A stretch of DNA of 64,000 nucleotides. It comes from the human T2T-CHM13v2.0 reference genome, Homo sapiens. Location of the stretch: NCBI RefSeq assembly GCF_009914755.1, contig NC_060936.1. One strand, given 5' to 3'. The position numbers and the translations under genes are program-made. Shown in pieces: positions 60,705 to 64,000 of this stretch (its first letter is position 1; every line of letters starts with the position of its first letter). Below the pieces are notes generated by a model, which saw only the letters and a program-made list of their open reading frames with translations, was not told the origin of the DNA and ran no database searches.

Positions 60705-61569
60705 TTATATTTATTTTTTAAGTTCAGGGGTAAAAGTGCAGGTTTGTTACATAGGTGAATTTGTGTCATGGGGATTTGTTGTACGCATTATTTCATCACC
60801 TAGGTATTAATGCTAGTATCCATTAGTTATTTTTCCTGATCCTCTCCCTCCTCCCACCCTCCACCCTCCAAAAGGCCCCAGTGTGTGTTGTCCCCCTCTA
60901 TGTGTCCGTGAATTCTTATCATTCAGCTCCCACTTATAAGTAAGAACATGTGGTATTTGGTATTCTGTTCCTGTGTTAGTTTGCTAAGGATAATGGCCTC
61001 TAGTTCCATCTGTGTTCCTGCAAAAAACATGATCTCGTTTTTTATGGCTGCATAGTATTCCACGGTATATATCCTGTCTATCATGGATGGGTATTTAGGT
61101 TAATTCCATGTCTTTGCTATTGTGAATAGTGCTGCAATGAGGAATACATGTGCATGTGTCTTTATAGTACAATGATTTATATTCCTTTGGGTATATACTC
61201 AGTAATGGAATTGAGAGAGTAGAATGGTACTTAAACAAATTTACAAGAAAAAAAAACAAACGGCTCCATTAAGAAGTGGGCAAAGGACATGAACAGAAAC
61301 TTTTCAAAAGAAGACATACATGCAGCTAAGAATCATATGAAGAAAAACTCAACATCACTGATCGTTAGAGAAATGCAAATCAAAACCACAATGTGATACC
61401 ATCTCACACCAGTCAGAATGGCTATTACTAAAAAGTTAGAAAATAACAGATGCTGGCAAGGTTGTGGAGAAAAAGGAATGCTTATACACTGTTGGTGAGA
61501 GTATAAATTAGTTCAGCCATTGTGGAAGACAGTGTGGCAATTCCTCAAAGGCCTAAAGACTGAAATACC
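60705..61569. mobile_element. Older L1PA/PB with 5' inversion (minus 60705-61229, plus 61230-61569)
   Basis: L1 3'UTR in reverse up to gaatggta, then sense ORF2 C-terminal sequence cttaaacaaatttacaag ... gaaatacc. Confidence 0.88.
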
Positions 61570-61827
61570 CTAAATTATTGAACTGCAGTTATAAATTTCA
61601 TTTATTCCATGTTGCCCTGTAAGTAACATAACCGCATATCTCAACAATGGAAACCTGCTTAGGAATTTAACTATTTCTTGACAAAGTAAGCTCACAGATA
61701 AAGGTGAATCTCAAATTCACCTTAAATTTCCAAAACTGTCTAAAACTTAGCCTAATGGTCATTGTTCAACTAAAATTATAAATCTAAAATTAATGATTCA
61801 ACCATAGATTTTATATAGAAATTCCAG

Positions 61828-62306
61828 GTTGTGGTTGGTCAATAGTTGGCCCATTTTCTTCCTTGCTCTGTGCCTGAGGAAGCTGCCTGGCATGGTCTAC
61901 ATCATTAGGCGGCCACGTCCTCTGGCTTCTGGTTAGGTTTGACTAATGGAGTGTACCTGTTGGAGAGCAGCTCTAGAGAGAAGAATAAGGTCTGAGTACA
62001 TATTTCCCCAGATAGAGCTCTCTCTACAGAGTGACTTCTAGCTGACTTCCTCAACTGAAGGTCCCTCAACTTAGGATCTCAGATCATCACATCAGAGGAA
62101 CTCTCCACAAAGCCTTCTCTGTCCCTTGGCTGCTTTTGCAGGCTCAAAGATTACAGGACTCCTCTATTATTAGCCTTACAGTATTATACAAATCCTTTTG
62201 AGTTCCATACACCACAGCCACACCATTATCAATAGTCTATTTATTAAGCTGTCCTCAAATTATTCTATTCTGCCCTTTGTTTCCTGCCAGAACCTTGACT
62301 AATACA
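61828..62306 (+). mobile_element. ERVL LTR (LTR33-like)
   Basis: ttgctctgtgcctgaggaagctg ... cctctggcttctggttaggtttgactaatgg ... tttcctgccagaaccttgactaataca. Confidence 0.75.
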
Positions 62307-64000
62307 GCAATTGCTACAAAGAGTGACCCTCAGGAAATAGACCTTCAAATACGATTGTGGGGTTAGGTTGCTCATATATTTAAGGATCTCCTTATTGGAG
62401 TGAAATGAAACAGAACATGTGATGGCACATGCTTATTTAAATGAACACGAGTGAGATGAAATGTAGGCGGAAGCTGATGTGCTGAAAGATCAAGTGGCTG
62501 TTACATTAGGTCACTATGAGGCATCTGTTGGCTTCTTCTGGTAACCCAGCAAGTGAACCTAGTTGTAAAAGGAGAAATGGAAAACTGTGACTATCTAGTT
62601 GAGAGCATGCATGGAAAATCAGAAAGCCTCATGGACCTTTGAAGAAGTCCCTTATCTCCTGTAATTGCAGGGTAGATAGGGCTGAGGACTAAGAACCAGA
62701 CCCAGTTATAAAGGTTGCAGAATTGAAATGCCAACACATGCTCAGATCTGACAGGCCTCTTACATCAAGGGAAGTGAAGGGAAGGGAAGAAAAGAGATTT
62801 AAATTTACGTAGATGAAACTGAGAACTTCATACCATTGGATCTCCCCAAATCTCCCTTACTAGCAGAGGCAGCCTCCCCAACTCCCATCTGAGGGAAATA
62901 GCCTTCCCCTGTATAATTATAGTCTACAAATAATTGCCTAGCAAGATGATGCTGATTCACCTCCATCACTCCGTAGGCCCATGATGAGAGTTAGATTTCA
63001 CTATATCCCAAAGGGTGAAACATAGGCCTATTCTGGGAGGAAGGAGATTATATACTAAAAAATTACAAGTACTTATGAGTCTGTATCAGCAAGAGTCTGG
63101 GGAGCATATTTGGGAGTGGATTTCAAGGGCATTAGACCAAAGAGAATAAAACTTAAAGCTTGATGAGACAGAATATATTAACATGGGAACTCTCACCTGG
63201 GATTTGGGATTTAATGTGAAAATTAAGCAGCCAGGAATGGTGATAATTGTCTCCTAAGTTGACTAATTGAAGCCTGCACTCAAATGGGCCTGGAGATAAT
63301 GGACAAAGATGCTGCAATGGAATTGGGTTTCCTGAGCTCAGTGGGAACAATGGGACCCCAGAATGGTGGAGACCAGGTAGTGCCACTTAAACTTCGAGGA
63401 AAAGATGAGCACAACCACCCTAAAAGCTACAAGAACAGAGTGATAAAGTATTCTTACCTGAAAGGATCACTGGAAAATAAATAACAATTAATCATGGGAT
63501 TTCTAGAAGCAAAATGGGCAGCTAGTCAGATGCTCTTTAACATAACAGATTTAAAAAATTTTATCTGGTGGACAGAAATCTAACTCAAGTTGCAATAATG
63601 GTGATCCATGGAACATTTTTGCCAGTTTCTAGTTCTAAAGTAGTTAAGATACAAAGCCTCCGGGCTGAGGGGAAGGTCAGTCTCCTCAGAGGCAAAACCC
63701 TGCACTGTGGCCATAGGTGCATACCTGAATCTTCCTTTAGATGTTACCAGAGGCATCTGCAGCCATTGACTATGGGGACTGTGCCCTGGAGAAAAGGAGA
63801 CACCTAGAATTCTAGGGGTTGTTTTATACTGGCTTCAAATTGATGATAATCCTTGGAGGCCCCAAAAGCCTCTGAGAGTCTTCTTATTGGTGCAGGTTCT
63901 TGTGGAAGTCTGGCAATAAATGGAGTTGTGACTGGAGTCTCTTTCACAGTGGTGCCAGTGGGACTATGAATTTGTCTTGTAGTTTTTAAACTAGGCTTGG
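62307..64000 (+). mobile_element. ERVL internal region (decayed gag and protease), running off the window
   Basis: About 63046-63222 reads DYILKKLQVLMSLYQQESGEHIWEWISRALDQRE*NLKLDETEYINMGTLTWDLGFNV (ERVL gag-like); about 63775-63870 reads TVPWRKGDT then, frameshifted, GLFYTGFKLMIILGGPK (degenerate LLDTG protease region). Confidence 0.8.

Noticed and set aside
61701-61723. 9-bp inverted repeat aaggtgaat/attcacctt
   Set aside because: Too short to exceed chance in 64 kb

Overview
AT-rich, CpG-poor primate (very probably human) intronic/intergenic DNA. It is dense in interspersed repeats: about 10 Alus, two L1PA copies, older L1M and L2 fragments, many MIRs, MaLR/ERVL/ERV1 LTRs, and hAT and mariner MITEs. 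I found no intact protein-coding gene, RNA gene, CpG island or CRISPR array. The only recognisable host-gene sequence is a full-length processed pseudogene of RSL24D1 (minus strand, about 41135-42545) with a poly(A) tail and a 16-bp TSD, inserted into a MIR. Other points of interest are a candidate promoter/first micro-exon near 8.2-8.7 kb, a repeat-free TCF/OCT/FOX-AP1 motif cluster near 4.8-5.1 kb, a twin-primed inverted L1, an ERVL remnant (LTR33-like plus gag/pro), and several template-switch palindromes and duplications. I cannot support a new biological system; the findings are modest, testable observations. Repeat subfamily names come from remembered consensus features and should be confirmed with RepeatMasker/Dfam.
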